Part shown: in pieces, positions 1-16,716 of the stretch
Numbering within the stretch: position 1 is the stretch's first letter
How the letters are laid out: every line of letters begins with the position of its first letter
From: the human T2T-CHM13v2.0 reference genome, Homo sapiens
Strand: one strand, 5' to 3'
DNA: 64,000 nt
Assembly (NCBI RefSeq): GCF_009914755.1
Contig: NC_060929.1
Translations under genes and position numbers: made by a program
Notes under the pieces: generated by a model
Database searches by the model: none
What the model saw: the letters and a program-made list of their open reading frames with translations, nothing else
Told to the model about the DNA's origin: nothing

Positions 1-213
<213 letters not shown>

Positions 214-803
214 TCACACTTTTACCTGCCACCATGACAGTGTCATGGTTTCCATTTTTCTTTTCTTCTCTCTCTTGCTTTTCTTTTCTTATAATCTGTC
301 AGTAGATTGGCAACAGAAAAATATGAATATATCATGTGATATTAAATACACTTAAAAGGACATGATTTTTGTGTTTTTTTTTTTTTAACGTGCACGCAGT
401 TCAAAGGGGAAAAAGTACTCACGTTTTTTAAAGTAGTCAAGAGAACACTGCACATGTGTGGGAGGAAGCTGTGTCTCACTTGTTATAACCGGGTTAAGGA
501 TTTTACTCTATTACTATATAGCAGACAATAAAAGCAGTAGATATTGATATCTAAAAAAATCACCATTTAATCGTCTTAAACTTCACACATATAAGTAAAC
601 TTTTAAATTGATTGTCCTTCGTGCAATAATTCACTTATTGTTCAGCCCACAGAGTTTAAAATTATATATACTTCCTAAAGATGAGTACAGGCAGGAGGAA
701 AAAAAAAAGGTAGCTTGTAACAGCTACAGCTTCTCTATTACTATCTACCATGAATACCTTCAACTGAAAAACACCTCACAGAAACAAAATAAAGGTAAAA
801 CTA

Positions 804-1169
804 TGTATTAGTCCATTTTCACACTGCTGTAAAGAACTACCCAAGACTGGAAATTTATAAAGGAAAGAGGTTTTATTGACTCACAGTTCCACATGGATGG
901 GGAGACCTCAGGAAACTTACAATCATGGAGGACAAAGGGGAGGCAAGGATCTTCTTCACATGGCAGCAGGAGAGAGAAGAGCTAGCAAGAGCAGGGAAAA
1001 CTGCCTTATAAAACCATCAGATCTCATGAGAACTCATCACTATCATGAGAACAGCAGGGGGGCAACTGCCCCCATGATTCAGTCACTTCCCACCAGGTCT
1101 CTCCCTCAACATCTGGGGATTACAATTCAAGATGAGATTTGGGCAGGGACACAAAGCCTGACCATATTA
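804..1169 (-). mobile_element. THE1D-like MaLR solo LTR
   Basis: Begins TGTATTAGTCCATTTTCACACTGCT and ends ACCATATTA (reverse complement of THE1 LTR termini); 5-bp TSD aacta/aactg. Confidence 0.9.
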
Positions 1170-1269
1170 AACTGGTTTGTGTGTTTTGCAAACACAACTT
1201 CAGAAAGCAGCCCCTAACTCACCTTTCCAATTCCCTCTCCTGTTACCATGCACATAGATGACAGGCTTG

Positions 1270-1610
1270 AGGGCCATTTGCAAAGATTCCAGTTCTCCAC
1301 TGGCTTTGTGGGAGGGTTGTGTTTCCTATCATGTCATGTGACTTGCTGTGGCCAAAGAAATGGAAGCACAAAGGAAACACATAATTTAGCAGAAGTTTTA
1401 AGCGCCGCATTCTCTAGTCCCTGGGAAGTTCATGTCCAAATCGAGCCTCCATTGGCTTCTTCTACCCGTGAGTGACAACAATGAGTAGTGCCCCCGCTTT
1501 GCAGATTCACAATGAACATGTAACCTGAGGAAAAAAATAAACTTTTGTGCTAATTCACCAAAATTTTGAGATTTGTTTGTCTTACTGCAACTTAACCTCC
1601 CCTAACACAT
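1270..1610 (+). mobile_element. Old MLT1 (I/J-like) MaLR LTR fragment
   Basis: CATGTGACTTGCTGTGGCCAA...AATAAACTTTTGTG...GAGATTTGTTTGTCTTACTGCAAC resembles the MLT1 3' half; boundaries approximate. Confidence 0.6.
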
Positions 1611-2551
1611 CATCTCATTTAGAAACATAAGCGATCCCACAGGAGGCAGCAAAAGTTAGCAAACATCATAACAGGTTTATTCAAAATAGCATGAATAAAA
1701 TATTACTAAAAATCTATAAAAAGTAAGTTGTTCTTATTAAAATCTAAAGATTTTAAAATCTAAAAATCCATTGCTTTTCCTTAAAAAGTAAGTTTTTAAA
1801 TTATAGTGATGTTTTCAGCAGTAGTGTTAAAATAGTACTTAACAGTAATAACGATAAAATTTACATTTGCATAGCACCCCAAAACAGTTTAAATCTGCGT
1901 TTTATGTTAATTTGATTAGAATTGAGGGATGTCTCATCAGAAGGTTCTCAGTTTTATCATGTGTGTTGTACAGAAAATATGACAATTCCAATGTCACACT
2001 AATTGAAACACATTTTGAAAAACAATAGGAGAGTAAGTAAAAATATTAGACTTAGTAGAAGGAAATTAAATACTATTTCTATCAAAGAGAGAATATGGTC
2101 TTATTCTAGATGTTCTAATGCAATATCTGTAAGAAAAAAAAAAAAAACAATAGCTCTAGGTTAGACTACTTGCCAGAATCCTAGAAATGTCTCAAAGAAA
2201 TTATTAGGAAGTTAAAGAGCAGTAGCTCAAGGTCTCAGTGTGCACTCACATGAGATGGCAGGGTTGCAAATCCCTGCTGAATAGTGGGGCTTCATCATGC
2301 TTCTCAGGAAAGAAAAATCAGAAAGAAAGCCACCAAGAGCTATCACCTACGAACCACGAGATATGGCAGTGTCAAAAAGTGACTGGTCATTCTACAAAGC
2401 TGGATAAACGACACTTCTCTGATGGTTTCAGGCAATGTAATTAACAGAAAAATGTGTGAACTTGAGGAAATACTAGGACCCAAAGCCATCCAATAGCATT
2501 TAAAAACTCAATAAAGGAGACAATTATATATTCTTTTGGCAAATATTAGTC

Positions 2552-2575
2552 GTGTGCGTGTGTGTGTGTGTGTGT
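2552..2575. repeat. (TG)n microsatellite
   Basis: Direct reading of the TG run. Confidence 0.9.
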
Positions 2576-2613
2576 TCTACACAACTGACCATTATTTGAC
2601 AAGTATTTTTTGA

Positions 2614-2984
<371 letters not shown>

Positions 2985-3480
2985 TGAAAAACATCCTGTG
3001 GTCTCCCAAAAGTTACAACCTATTCCATGCCAAGCACTCTAAGCCCTGGAGACAGATATAGGCCCTGGAGAGCACTTTGGAACCCAGCCCATGCTTTCAT
3101 TATAGTAAAGATTTCATAGATACTTACTTGAATGAATAAACAATCATTTAGAATTAACCTCCTCCATTTATTTCTTATATATAAAACCTCAATTTCTAAA
3201 CATTTGCTGTTCTTCATTTAGGATATTCACAAAGCCCCTGCAATATAGTTTTTCTCTACTCTACAGCATGATGAAATATTGTGACAACTTTATAATAATC
3301 ATGATATTCCAATTTAAAAGCATATAGCCAGAGCTTTATATATGAAAAAAGTGAATAGTTGACCTACAGATAGCCAAGAGGGAAAAACGAGTTAAGGAGA
3401 TAATGATTTTAAGCAAGAACATTGAAATAAAATATCCCATAAGGTTCTGAGTCAGCTCATGTTCATTTTCTTGTTAATTA

Positions 3481-3846
<366 letters not shown>

Positions 3847-3984
3847 TAGGGAAAAGTAACATTTATAAAGTTTCAACCATATAACAGATGGCATATATGT
3901 GTATATACACATGTATATTTTTATTTTTTTCTCTCATCTCTTCCTAATACTGGCCTTATGGAAAATAAAGCCTACTATCTAGAT

Positions 3985-4470
3985 GTTTCAGGATGCAAAT
4001 AATTAACTAACAAGAAAACCTACTCACACTGGCATATATCAAGAAGTCCTGGTTGGTTAATTCAGTTGCTCGTCAATGTCCTGAAAAACCTCAGTCCTGT
4101 TCAAATGTTTTTTGAGTCCTACTCAGCCTATCACCGTGGTTTAAGAGGCCATCCCTGCTGTCTGCTGTTCTAGACAGGCACAAAATCTTTCAACAACAAA
4201 AAAAGAAGAAGGGTATCTCTTCTGCTGTATCTTTTAACCAGCAAGAAATAATCTCCCCTCCACCCCACCCCTCATTAGCTAGACTGGGTCACACGCCCTT
4301 CCCTAAACTTTTCACTGGAGAAGGGAACGGGGGCCCTCATGAATGTTGTAGTTGATTATGGTTCAGCAGAGGTCTGGGGCTCTCTGAGCATACAGCTACA
4401 CAGAAAACAGCTGGCCAACAAGGCACAAGCTGGACATGAAGGGTAGGAAACCAAGAGTGTCTGCTAGCAA
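3985..4470 (-). mobile_element. Ancient MLT1 (K-like) LTR fragment
   Basis: CTCATTAGCTAGACTGGGTCACACGCCCTTCCCTAAAC-type motif typical of MLT1K antisense; degenerate. Confidence 0.45.
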
Positions 4471-4488
4471 CATATCCCTTTTCATGTA

Positions 4489-5153
4489 CAGTTAATCTTC
4501 TATCCACAGATCAAGATTTGAAAATTCGTCTACTGGATAAAATTTACTTTAACCCCCAAATCAGTACTTACTGCATCCTTTCAGTCATTCACAGACTTAC
4601 GCAGCAGGGAATGGGGGTTGGTAGAAATGAAAATTTTGAGTCACCCAACGGGCATTTCCATTCCAGACTGAGGCCGAACAAGGTGATTCTGTGCCTTCTT
4701 GTTTCAGCTCCCAAACTATAAACAAGTGTCCTTTTCACAGTCTACTTAAAAGTGGCACGCTTTTTGGAGTTTTGAGCTTTGTTGGTGATTTCACCATTTC
4801 ACCAAGCATGGTACTGAAATGCTGTCTAGTGTTTCTGAGTGTAAGAAAACTGTAAAGTACTTTATGGAGAAAATATGTGTGTTAGAGAAGCTTCATTTAA
4901 GTATGCGTTATAATGCTGTTACCCACGAGTTCAATGTTAATGAATCGACAATATATACTTAATAAGGTGTTTTTAAACAGAAACACCTGTAAAACAAGGT
5001 TATATATTGATCTGTTGACAAAAGTGTTGTAACCAGAGGCTCACAGGAACCTAATCCTGTATTTTCCCAAGGAGCAATGATTCGATATTTGCTAATTCAG
5101 TGTTTATGGAAAATGTACAGAGCATAACTACCACAAATAATGAGAATCAATGG
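4489..5153 (+). mobile_element. MER82 (TcMar-Tigger) non-autonomous DNA transposon
   Basis: TA|CAGTTAATC start; GAACAAGGTGATTCTGTGCCTTCTTGTTTCAGCTC, GAGTTCAATGTTAATGAATC and CATAACTACCACAAATAATGAGAATC match the MER82 consensus along its length. Confidence 0.88.
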
Positions 5154-5234
5154 TGAAGAGAAACTGTGATTTAACTAGGTCAAGTCACATGGCCATAAAT
5201 AACAAGCCAGACCTCAAATCCAAATCCTATCCAC

Positions 5235-5445
5235 CTTGTTAAGGACTTTAAATTTTATTCTGAAAGCAGTGGGAAGACATTAAAAGGTTCTAACTGGGGA
5301 GAAACATGAACAGATCTGCATTTCTGGAACATTGTTATGGATACAGTCTGGAGAACAAACGAAGAAGTAGGGAGGTTGGATTTAGGGAGACCAGGTAAGA
5401 GGGTTATTGCACTAATTCAGACAAGAAGTGACAATAGAGAGTGAC
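5235..5445. mobile_element. L2 LINE fragment
   Basis: AAGGACTTTAAATTTTATTCTGAAAGCAGTGGGAAG...GGGAGACCAGGTAAGAGGGTTATTGCACTAATTCAGACAAGA is typical L2 sequence. Confidence 0.6.
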
Positions 5446-6711
5446 AGTAGAATAGGAAGCCAGGAACTTAAGTATCAAATTGTTTTCCTCTGAGACAACA
5501 GAAAATAGACCTTGGCCAAAATGTAAACACTAGCCACCAAGAAAGGATGTAAAAGGAACATAATTTTTACGAAGGAAGAGTCAAGTTTGAGAGAGAAAGG
5601 GGTGCAGAGTACAGATTTTTAAAAAGGAAAGAATTGTCCCATTTCAAAATATGGCTAGGTACTGGCTAAGTCTGGCCCATTTTCAGATTCTCATCTGAAA
5701 ATCTTAACAAGAACCTAGCTCATAGCCTCTATTAATATTAAGACATTAAATTTTAATAAGTGGAAAATGGGATTCTTAAGGTTTCTCAGTTGCATCCTAT
5801 AGGGAGCTGACCAGTCATTTGTGATTTTACATATCTCTTGGTTAAAGCAAAGTTACAAATACATAACTGAGTATTGGGATGCATTATGCAAATGTTTGAC
5901 TCTCCCTGGAGGACTTTGTGTCCCCAAAGAAATGAGTGAATTGCAATTGAGTTATAAATATATTTCCACCTGTGATCAACAGTAAAATTTTCCTTATGTA
6001 GTATTTAAAGTAAAAGCCTTCAGAACCATTGTACATTAGAATGAAGGTAAGTAAAACGAGAATTACGATCTTCATTTATACTATCATGTCACATTTTCAT
6101 TGAGACACTGTAGAATTTGAAGTATTGTCAAGTCTGCATGGAATTGTATGAAAGAAGGAAAGAGTAATAAGAGAAAGAAAAATATCAATGCCAAAGGATG
6201 GTAAAGGCTAGAATGTTGGGGCGTGTACAATCTGTTCCTTATCAAGTGTTGATATCCAGTGCATTGTCATTTCTAGTTCTTATGACATGTGAACGATTTT
6301 AATTATCTCATGATAAGAATTTCATAATACATTTTGCTGTACAATATTCAAAACATTAATGCTAATATATGGCCACATGCAAAGCCTTACATGTCATACA
6401 TTTGAATCACGTGCTGTATATTATTATACATAAGTGATAGGCACACACTTGGATGACCCACTATACAATAAACTTTTAAAATAAACTGTCCTTTGAAACT
6501 CAGCCTTTCAAAGGGCTCATAAAAGCCTTTCAGGCAATACTGTCAGTTAGAAAGATAATCAAAAAAACTAGAAATAAGTGAATCATTTTAGAGTATTTTT
6601 CAAGTGTTGAAATTAGAAAGAGGCACATAGTAAGGATGTATTCAGTTTGATTCTTCCTACTGTTGACTATGCTGCACATGGTTTGTGCTGAGTATCCCAA
6701 AACTAAAATAG

Positions 6712-7400
<689 letters not shown>

Positions 7401-10400
7401 CAGCTATGTGTCTCGGCCACATGTGACATTTGCATTTCTTGCCAATATTCTTTGCCTTTAAAGATCCAAAATTGGTTATGGAGGGAGTCAAATCACCATA
7501 CATATTCCATATGCAATGAAACTTTCTTGTTATGGGACAGAAATATCTGTGATGCCTCTTTCATACTAAATTAGACTTCAATTGCATCTGGATCTTTATA
7601 TAAAATAGTGCTGCTACTACTAATAATTATTATTATCATTGAAAATTGGGGTAAAAAAAAGAAAAAATATCAGAATATAAAAAGAATATTCTTCCTTTCC
7701 CATCCCACTCTTCACTCCTCTCGAAAGTTTCAAATTTATAATGAAATGTATTTTCCCATTTTCTAAACAGAAAATCATAGGAATATTAGGTACTACACGA
7801 ATGAAAAGTCCTTTATCCATCAGGGCCTCCATTAGCATCTTGTAGGCTGAGGCCCAACAGGATAGTGACCTTGTTTATTTACACTTTTTCAGATCTTACC
7901 AAATTGCAAACCAAGATTCACACCAACATCCAGACCCCACTGATCAGAACACAGTTTGCTATTACTATAACTTTCAGCTGTTGTGAAATCTGAGACTTGT
8001 CTTTTTTCCTCAGTGCTAGAGAATAAATCATGTGCCAAGGAAAGTAAGTGCTTATAATTTCATTTCATATCAATGGGGCTGTAAATATAAGATTTGTGTG
8101 AACTATAAATGTAAAAATTACCTGGAAATGATCCTAAAGATATTTTAAGTAAAGAAGAAAAAGAAGGGATCTCATTTAAGATGAGGCAGACATCTCATAG
8201 ACAGCAAGAAAGAAATAAGATGTCTTTGGGCTCAAAAGAAATTATGCTGAACTTCAGCAATAGGATCAGAAGAGAAGAAATAATGCAAAAATGTTGAGGA
8301 CCACGCTGCCATGATTAATAAAAAACATTCTTTTTCTTGAAAGACCATTTAACTGACGTAATGATACTCCTTTAAAAGCATGGTAATGATGGGTGGTGAT
8401 GCAATGAGGTAAGGGATGTTTCTTATGAGTACTTTCTAATAGGCACCCGGCAGATGATACTGGGTAAGGATTCTAGGGCTGATGGACAGAAAACATAACA
8501 TGGAAAGAAATGAAACAAGATGTTTTTTATCCCAGCATGGAGAAACTCTATGGTTCAAATGGAATTCAGATCTAACAAAAAGCAGGGATCAACCTTAAAC
8601 AATAATTTTGCCTCCTTCACATTGTCCTGAAATTATTTCAAGCCTTAATTAGAAAATCTGAAAAAAGGAACTTTCTGGAGAATAATGAGATTCTCCCTAG
8701 TCTGCTGTTTTTGGAGGCACCACCCTGAGTATGTCTCACATTGCTCCTAGCTAGTTTACAACATGGATTGAATAGAAAGAACACTTTCAGATTGAAAATG
8801 GCATTTATTGGTTATCAAGATAACCCTTTCTTTAACAGCTCAATTTGGCATGCCTTTGTTTTTAATTTAAACTGAATGAAAATTAATTTTGTCTTCAAAT
8901 TTTCATGCCACTTTCTGGGATGATTGGAGCTACCCTGGAGGGTGATGAAACTGGAGATGGGGATCACAGTTTTGGTCTCTAGAGAGAAAGAAATAATTTC
9001 CATATTTCAAAATCATTTCATTAGTGAATATAGATGGTCTGGATTTTCAAATCTAGGGAACTAACCATATGCTCCCTCTCCTCTGAAGAAAATAGTGGCA
9101 AATTGCCACCATCCAACCCAGAAAGAATGGAAGATATCTAGAAACAAGGAATTATAAATACAAGCCTACTTCATTATGCATATTATTTAATATAAATGGA
9201 TGGTCTCTGTGTTAATCGCAAAGTTTTTTCTTTCCCAAAAGTTAGCGAGTAATGTATCCTATCTTGGAGTTACTAATAGGTCAGGCAGAAGCCAAATGCA
9301 ATTCAAGAGAGAATGACTGAGAAAGAAAAATGCATTGCAAAATGGCACTATAATGTACAGGAAAGAGTCACTCTACTATGTAGCAGCCTTACCTGTGATT
9401 TCTATTTTGTGGATTGTTAATAGGACCTCGGGTTCCAGTGATGGCAATATTCACTGGGGACCAGATTCACTCCCTAGGTTCAAATTAACAGCACAGTGTT
9501 GCAGATTTCTCGAGAAAGATATATAAGGCTGTCAAAAACACAGCATATTGTTAAATCATGTGTTAAAAATAAGTTCCAGAAGTCACAGTAAAAAAAAAAT
9601 TCAAAAACTGTAATTGTGCAATGGAAATATTATTCCTAGAAAACACACATTGTTTTCCAAAACAAAATCTGCTCTCTGTGTAACATTTTTGTATTAAGCC
9701 TTTTTAAAAGCATTCTTGCATGGAATTCAGAGAATTTAAAGCAACTTTCACACATGATCTGAAAGCTCCTGGCATCCCTAGGAGTCCAGGAAGGTAAAAT
9801 TATATTCTCTTTACTATTTTATAAAGAAGGAGGCAGTGAGCAGATAGATTACGTGGGTTATCCAAAGTCACAAGGCAGAAAAGGGGCAGACCCAGGTATC
9901 AAACCTCTAACGACCAATTCTGTCCTAGAAAGGGGCCACCAAGCGAACACGTGTTCTAACGTTGTCCTCTTACCTTCCCACTTCTCTAAAGCATGCTTGG
10001 CCCAAGCAAATAGAGCCCTGATTCATTCTTAAATTTGTAAGGTAATAAGCCTAAAACGAATTAAAAGGCATATCATGCCATGGCCTTGGGAAAAAACATC
10101 CTCTCTCATTGCCGTTACAGAGAGAGACGAAATCATATCAAAGTAAGCCAGACAGTTGAAAGGGAATAGGAAATAAAAAGGAAGTGGCCAAGCGGTGCTG
10201 GTGGCAGCTGTCTGAAAGGGAACATCAGCAGGATCAAATAACAGAACTTTCTTAGTTGATTCTTGAAAGCACAAACTAAAAAAAAAAAAAAAAATCATAC
10301 ACACTGTTATGCTGAATCTAAATACACATCCACACACACAGTTTAGTTTTAGAAGGTATAATGGTGAGCTTCTCAATGGCAGACCAGATTAAGCACCAAA

Positions 10401-11274
10401 ACTAAATGCCTTTGAAGTCAGCCTAGACAGTCACTTACATGGCCTAGTTTGAGATGAGCTGAAGGCTCACGTCTCTTCATGCCTGGTATGGGGCCTGAAA
10501 TCTCCTCCAGTAAAGCCATTTCTGAGGATTCTAGCTCAAATGCAGGTATATGACAAGGGAGGGATAATATTAATCTAGATTTACCCATTATTACAATAGT
10601 TTGTCAGGATATCTGTGAAAGAATCAGGCATTTTAAAAAGCAGAGAAGGGAAAACAGTAAGGAAAGGTCCAGAGGCCTTTACGGCACCTACAGAGTGTAC
10701 GTCCCACCATTAGGAAACCCAGGCAATTGCTCTATTTGGTTGAAAGACTGTCAGTGTATATGGATGCTGGAGAGCAGCCTGCTAGGTGGTATAATAATGA
10801 ATTCGTTTGGCTCCAAAGCAGCATGTCAAGTAAGTTGGTCTAACCATATGCAATTGATGACTTGTTTGAAATATTTCAGAGTGCCCCTTACCCCTCAACC
10901 CCTCCATTCCTACCCCCAAGTGAACGACTTGAGTCATTCTTCCAGGAAGCCATAGCCTAGGTGAGATAATGGGTCCCGTTTTATGTTCCAAGTGCCCATA
11001 TAGAAACAAATCCCACTTAGAATCTTGTTATATAGAGTACTTCAGAAAGTTGGACAAAAACAACTGCAGGACAATTATTGTACAAATCAGTGTGCCCATT
11101 GACTACCACAGCTCAACATCTATAAAAAGAACCAGAGGTAGTCAAAAAAAAAAAAAAAAAATCAAAGCAGGATCCTGTAGCTCAGATAATCAAAATAGAA
11201 GAGTTAGCCTTAAAAACAGAACCAAAGTGCTTGCAAAGGACCCATGTACAAGTGAGACTCTTCTTTGGTTCTTA

Positions 11275-11627
<353 letters not shown>

Positions 11628-12268
11628 CAAAGTATGGTTCAAGGTGAGGGGTCTTTTCGCCCTTCACATACCAGTTCTAATGATGAGAGGAAGAAAAATG
11701 CAAACATATACGCAAAATTGGAAAAAAAAAAACCATGTGATTTCCCCATCCATTGTGTAAATATTTCTTTCCTAGGAGAGCATACTCAACCCACTACTTT
11801 CTTTAAAACTAGAACTAGAAGGGAGAGGGGAGTATTTAGACCTGTGAATTAAACATATTAGCTTGAAGCTGGGCCTCTAACCTGAAAATAAATAAACCAA
11901 CAGAGTCAAAAACAAATAGCAATTAACTTTGAAAATAATTAACTGGAACATCTGTACTATCAAAGTGACCCTTTCTTCAGGAACAAATCCTAGAAAATAT
12001 AAAATAGTATAAATTGCTTAATTAGATTTTTGGCTGTCTAGGTAAGTGTGTTTTTTACTTCAATTTATTATGCTTCCATGATGGTAGCCTATTTTTCAAC
12101 ACTGTATATAGTACCCTATGTACTTAGGAAAAGGTAATTACTTGAAAATTAGTGAATAGATAATGATAACTCATTCATTATTATTGATTCTGATTATAGA
12201 GAGTGATGTAGAGAAGGAAAGTAGAGATATAATGACCCAAGTTTTATTTCTGACTCTGAATTTGATTA

Positions 12269-12661
<393 letters not shown>

Positions 12662-13761
12662 CTATAGCCAACCATTGAAATAACATTGTGTCAGGTAAAG
12701 ATGTATGAAGTCTCATTACTAATGGTTGCAACATTTGAAATATATCTGTAATCACCATGTCTATCATTGGTTCAACTTTTTAAGTATCATTAGATCATGA
12801 AATAAAGTATTTTATTTCCTCTTGACTGATAGCAAATGAAACTGCCAATATACACATGAGAAGTAGATGCTTTCCAAAATTTTGTTATGAAGGCCATTGA
12901 AGAAAGTTAGCTATAGGATGACCTTCACCATTGGAAATCATGAAGCTGAATATCTCTGCTTTTCATACAGTTTTCTGTATCAAAAGATACCATCCAAGGT
13001 GGGATGCGGAGCATGGACATAGGCATGATTTAATCAAAAGTCCTTGGTGCCTAGTCCAGCATTTCAACTTAAGAATTCAAATCCAGTCTCTGCATTTTAA
13101 AAATCAAATCCATTCTCTACGGAAAATTTTTACAAAACATCTTGGCACCTGCATTGCTGAAAATAGAACCAATTCTATTTAAGAGAAAGTAACAGCAAAT
13201 CGGAGATTTGTGCAATGGCAATAAAACGCAGTTAAGTGTGGTAGTGCCAGGTTTTAGTCCACAGACAAGGGGTTTTTATAGCACATTATAAAGTTCTGAA
13301 AGGAGAGGTTATTAGAGGATCAGTTCCCTAACTGTGTGGTTCTAGCAGGCTCTGCTCTGTTGCACTCTTTATTCTCCTGCTGGGAGTTCCGTCTTCTGAG
13401 GTGCAAAGCACATCCATCAGCCTTTTCAGCTGTTAAGGCACTTCATTTATTCTAGTGTTCCCTTCATCTTATTCCCTTGCCCCTGCCCCCATGGACCTCA
13501 GAGATCTACAGTTCTCTTTGGCCTCTTAACAGGTGTAATGGATCACCAGCTGAATGAAGCATCATCACATAGCCCTTCTTGCTCAGAAATTATTTCTGTT
13601 CTGCTTCAAATATTCTTCCTTTACACTTGGTGCCTTTCCTTTTGCTGCTGTTCTTGCTGTGTAGTCACCTATATGCAAAGAGATAAAACTTAGTCCAAAA
13701 TACTGGTTTGCCTTTTGAAGTGGTCTCTTGAATATTGGTCTTTTGATCTTTTCCAACTGAC

Positions 13762-13895
13762 AGTAGATATATAGAGAAAGATATATCTATATACAGACAT
13801 ATATCTATATATAGATATGTGTGTAGATACAGATATATGTGTATAAAGATATATGTATATATAAAGATATATGTCTGTATATAGATATGTACATC
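13762..13895. repeat. (TA)-rich degenerate simple repeat
   Basis: Runs of ATATAT/AGATAT/GTATAT. Confidence 0.85.
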
Positions 13896-14036
13896 TCCAA
13901 TGTGCAAATATTTGCTCAAGAATAATGTGTTATTATTATTGCATGTCTATTACTTTCATAGATTATTATTTAACTATTTGGAAAATGAGCCCGATTATTA
14001 GTATTACAATCCTTTCATGTTGAAAGTCACTTTCCT

Positions 14037-14321
14037 GGCTCACGCCTGTAATCCCAGCACTTTGGGAGGCTGAAGCGAGAGGATCACTTGAGGCCAGGAG
14101 TTTGAGACCAGCCTGGTCAACATGGCGAAACCCTTTCTCTACTAAAATACAGAAATTAGCCAGGTGCAGTGGCACACACCCATAGTCCCAGTTACTCTGG
14201 AGGCTGAGGAATGAGAATCGCTTTAACCCAGGAAGTGGAGGTTGCAGTGAGCAGAAACCACACCACTGCACTCCAGCCCAGGTGACAGAGCAAGACTCTG
14301 TCTCAAAGAAAAAAAATGGAA
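14037..14321 (+). mobile_element. Alu (old S/J), slightly 5'-truncated
   Basis: Starts at GGCTCACGCCTGTAATCC; perfect 16-bp TSD tgaaagtcactttcct at 14021-14036 and 14322-14337. Confidence 0.96.
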
Positions 14322-14549
14322 TGAAAGTCACTTTCCTAAACATAACATTCAGTTTTAGGCAAAAAGAAAGCTACTAAATTTTGTGAGTAACCAGGGAAAA
14401 TAGGAGGTATCAAAATTCCCCAAAAGAGACAATCCTGAACCCTTGAGATTGTTAGTCACCTTGATGTACTGATGTCCATATGTTCCACACTATTTTCATT
14501 AATTAATGATGATCTGGCTGGTCTAATACCTCCAGGAATAACTAAAATA

Positions 14550-14725
14550 TGTACTAGTAGAAACACTGGGTTAGTGGCTAGAAGACCCAGATTCTAGGTT
14601 TAGATCTATGTTGATTAATCAGATGGCTTTGGGAAAGTCACCTAAATTCGTGGGGCCTCAATTTCCTTGTCTATATTAAGAGCAGGGTGGAGTAGATCAC
14701 TATGTCCATTCTAAGTCTAGTACTC
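14550..14725 (+). mobile_element. MIR SINE
   Basis: AGAAGACCCAGATTCTAG...TTGGGAAAGTCACCTAA...GGGCCTCAATTTCCTTGTCTATA MIR core. Confidence 0.7.
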
Positions 14726-15438
14726 TGGGAGAAATTTTCAACTAGCTCCTCCTCCTGTTGTTGCCTGACTGTGTCCTTTATTTGCCTTATATACTCTGTT
14801 TTCTGGTCTCTCTGTATATATTCTTCCCTTTCCCCTTTGCTCATTGTTTTTCTTTTTTGCTGAGTCATTGTCTTCCTTTTCTCTAGTCACAGCCCTTTCA
14901 CTATAAAGCATCTCTCTTTATCAGTTCGGTTTCAGGACAGCCTTCAGTATAGAATTTTCTCAGTTTTTAGCTTTAAAGTCCTGTTGGTTCCCCACTATGA
15001 CCCAAAATGAAGGTACATTTGGTACCAGGATTAACCCAGCCAGCAGAGTGGCCCCTGAGAATTAAGAAAGATCTTTTAATAGAATAAAGGTCTCAAGAAT
15101 ACCTTGGCCCTCCTCCAGTCTTGTGCCAATCCAGTATTACATAATGGAGAAAATTTAAAAGTTAACCAATTCCTATTGCAAACATGGGAGCAATGTAATT
15201 AATCACCAGGACAGATTACTTTTACTTAGGAAAACATATTGAGGGTCTTTCTTGATATGAAAGGTGGGTTCCCTCTACTCCCTGCACTGAAAAATAGAGA
15301 ACTAAATTGCCTTTGGAAAGATATTTTAAGTTCCTTCCCCTGAAATAGAAAGGGTGAGTGCCCCAAAAATTGAGGAAGAGGGCATATGTAAGGCAGCTTA
15401 AGGAAAAGAGGGATTTCTAAACACCACTTAATTTTAGG

Positions 15439-15753
15439 GGCCAGCCACTGTGGCTCATGCCTATAATCTCAACATTTTGGGAGGCTGAGGCAGAAGGATT
15501 GCTTGAAGCCAGGAGTTCAAGACCAGCCTGGGCAATAAAGCAAGACCTCGTCTCTACAAAAAGTAATAAAGTAGCCAGGCATGGTGGCACATGCCTGTGG
15601 CCCCAGCTACTCAGGAGACTAAGGAGGGAAGATTGCTTGAGCCCAGGAGGTTAAGGCTGCAGTGAGCTGTGATCATACCACTGCACTCCAGCTTGGATGG
15701 CAGAGTGAGATCCTGTCTCTAAGAAAACAAAAAATAAATATAAATATAAATAA
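15439..15753 (+). mobile_element. AluJ SINE
   Basis: GGATTGCTTGAAGCCAGGAGTTCAAG, GATTGCTTGAGCCCAGGAGG and GTGAGCTGTGATCATACC are J-type diagnostics; (TAAA)-type tail. Confidence 0.95.
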
Positions 15754-16631
15754 ACTTTAGGAAACATTTAGACCTAATGTTGAATGTATTCTAACAATTT
15801 ACTCCCTTCACCACCCGCATTTTCCACTGCTGCATTCTAAAGCTACAGTGAAAATCTGCCGCCCATAATAGGCTTGTGTTGCTGATACTTTATCCAAAAA
15901 AATAAAAATAAAAGAGGTGATGTCCAGTATGGGGTGAAATAGTAGGAAAGTGGAGCCTCCAGAACCAAGAGAGACAGGAGTGGGAGGCAGGCTCCAGCAC
16001 ATACACATGGAAGAGAGGTATGAACTCTCATTGCCATGGGCAGAGCCACCCAGACCACTGCTGAGCATTCTGGGAAGCTCCCAGGGCCCTATCAGTGCAT
16101 GGCATGGAAGCTGGAATCACTTTATTTGAATAGTGAAGTCTACAACAACCTCTGAAGTCTGAAGACGAGAATCCTTCAAGGTGACAGGCCTTGGCCCATC
16201 CCTGAACCCTTTCCCTCATCCTCCCAACAGTCCTTCCCCAATGCCTCATTTTCTTCTACTTGTAGCAAAAACCATTCTTATCAACTCAGAAATGAACATG
16301 TCTCCAGAGTATAGCCAAACATGTCTCCAGAATACAGCCATTCAACATCCAGTAATCAAGGAGAAGGATATGCAGCCTTGGGCTGGCTTGTGCCCTCTGC
16401 TTGTTTTGTGGATATCTGGTCATCTCCATTGTATATCAGCACTGCTGCAGGAGAGAGGTGTGGGAGTGTCATTATCTTCTAGATCAGATGCCTGTAAAGC
16501 TGCACACAGAATTGGGACCAGCTCCAGCTAAACAGTGGGTTGTAGCATCTACTGAGGATTGCAAATTAGGACAAATCATTATCTTCTCCCTCTTTCTCTC
16601 TTCCTCAGCTCTTTCTCAATCTTTACTACCC

Positions 16632-16635
<4 letters not shown>

Positions 16636-16669
<34 letters not shown>

Positions 16670-16672
16670 ACA
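16636..16672. repeat. (CA)n microsatellite
   Basis: CA run with one interruption. Confidence 0.92.
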
Positions 16673-16716
16673 CTTAGACTAGAAGAGTCATTTAACATGA
16701 GAACATGAACATCTAG

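Noticed and set aside
876-1217. 113-aa ORF
   Set aside because: Lies almost entirely in the THE1D LTR; typical LTR-derived pseudo-ORF
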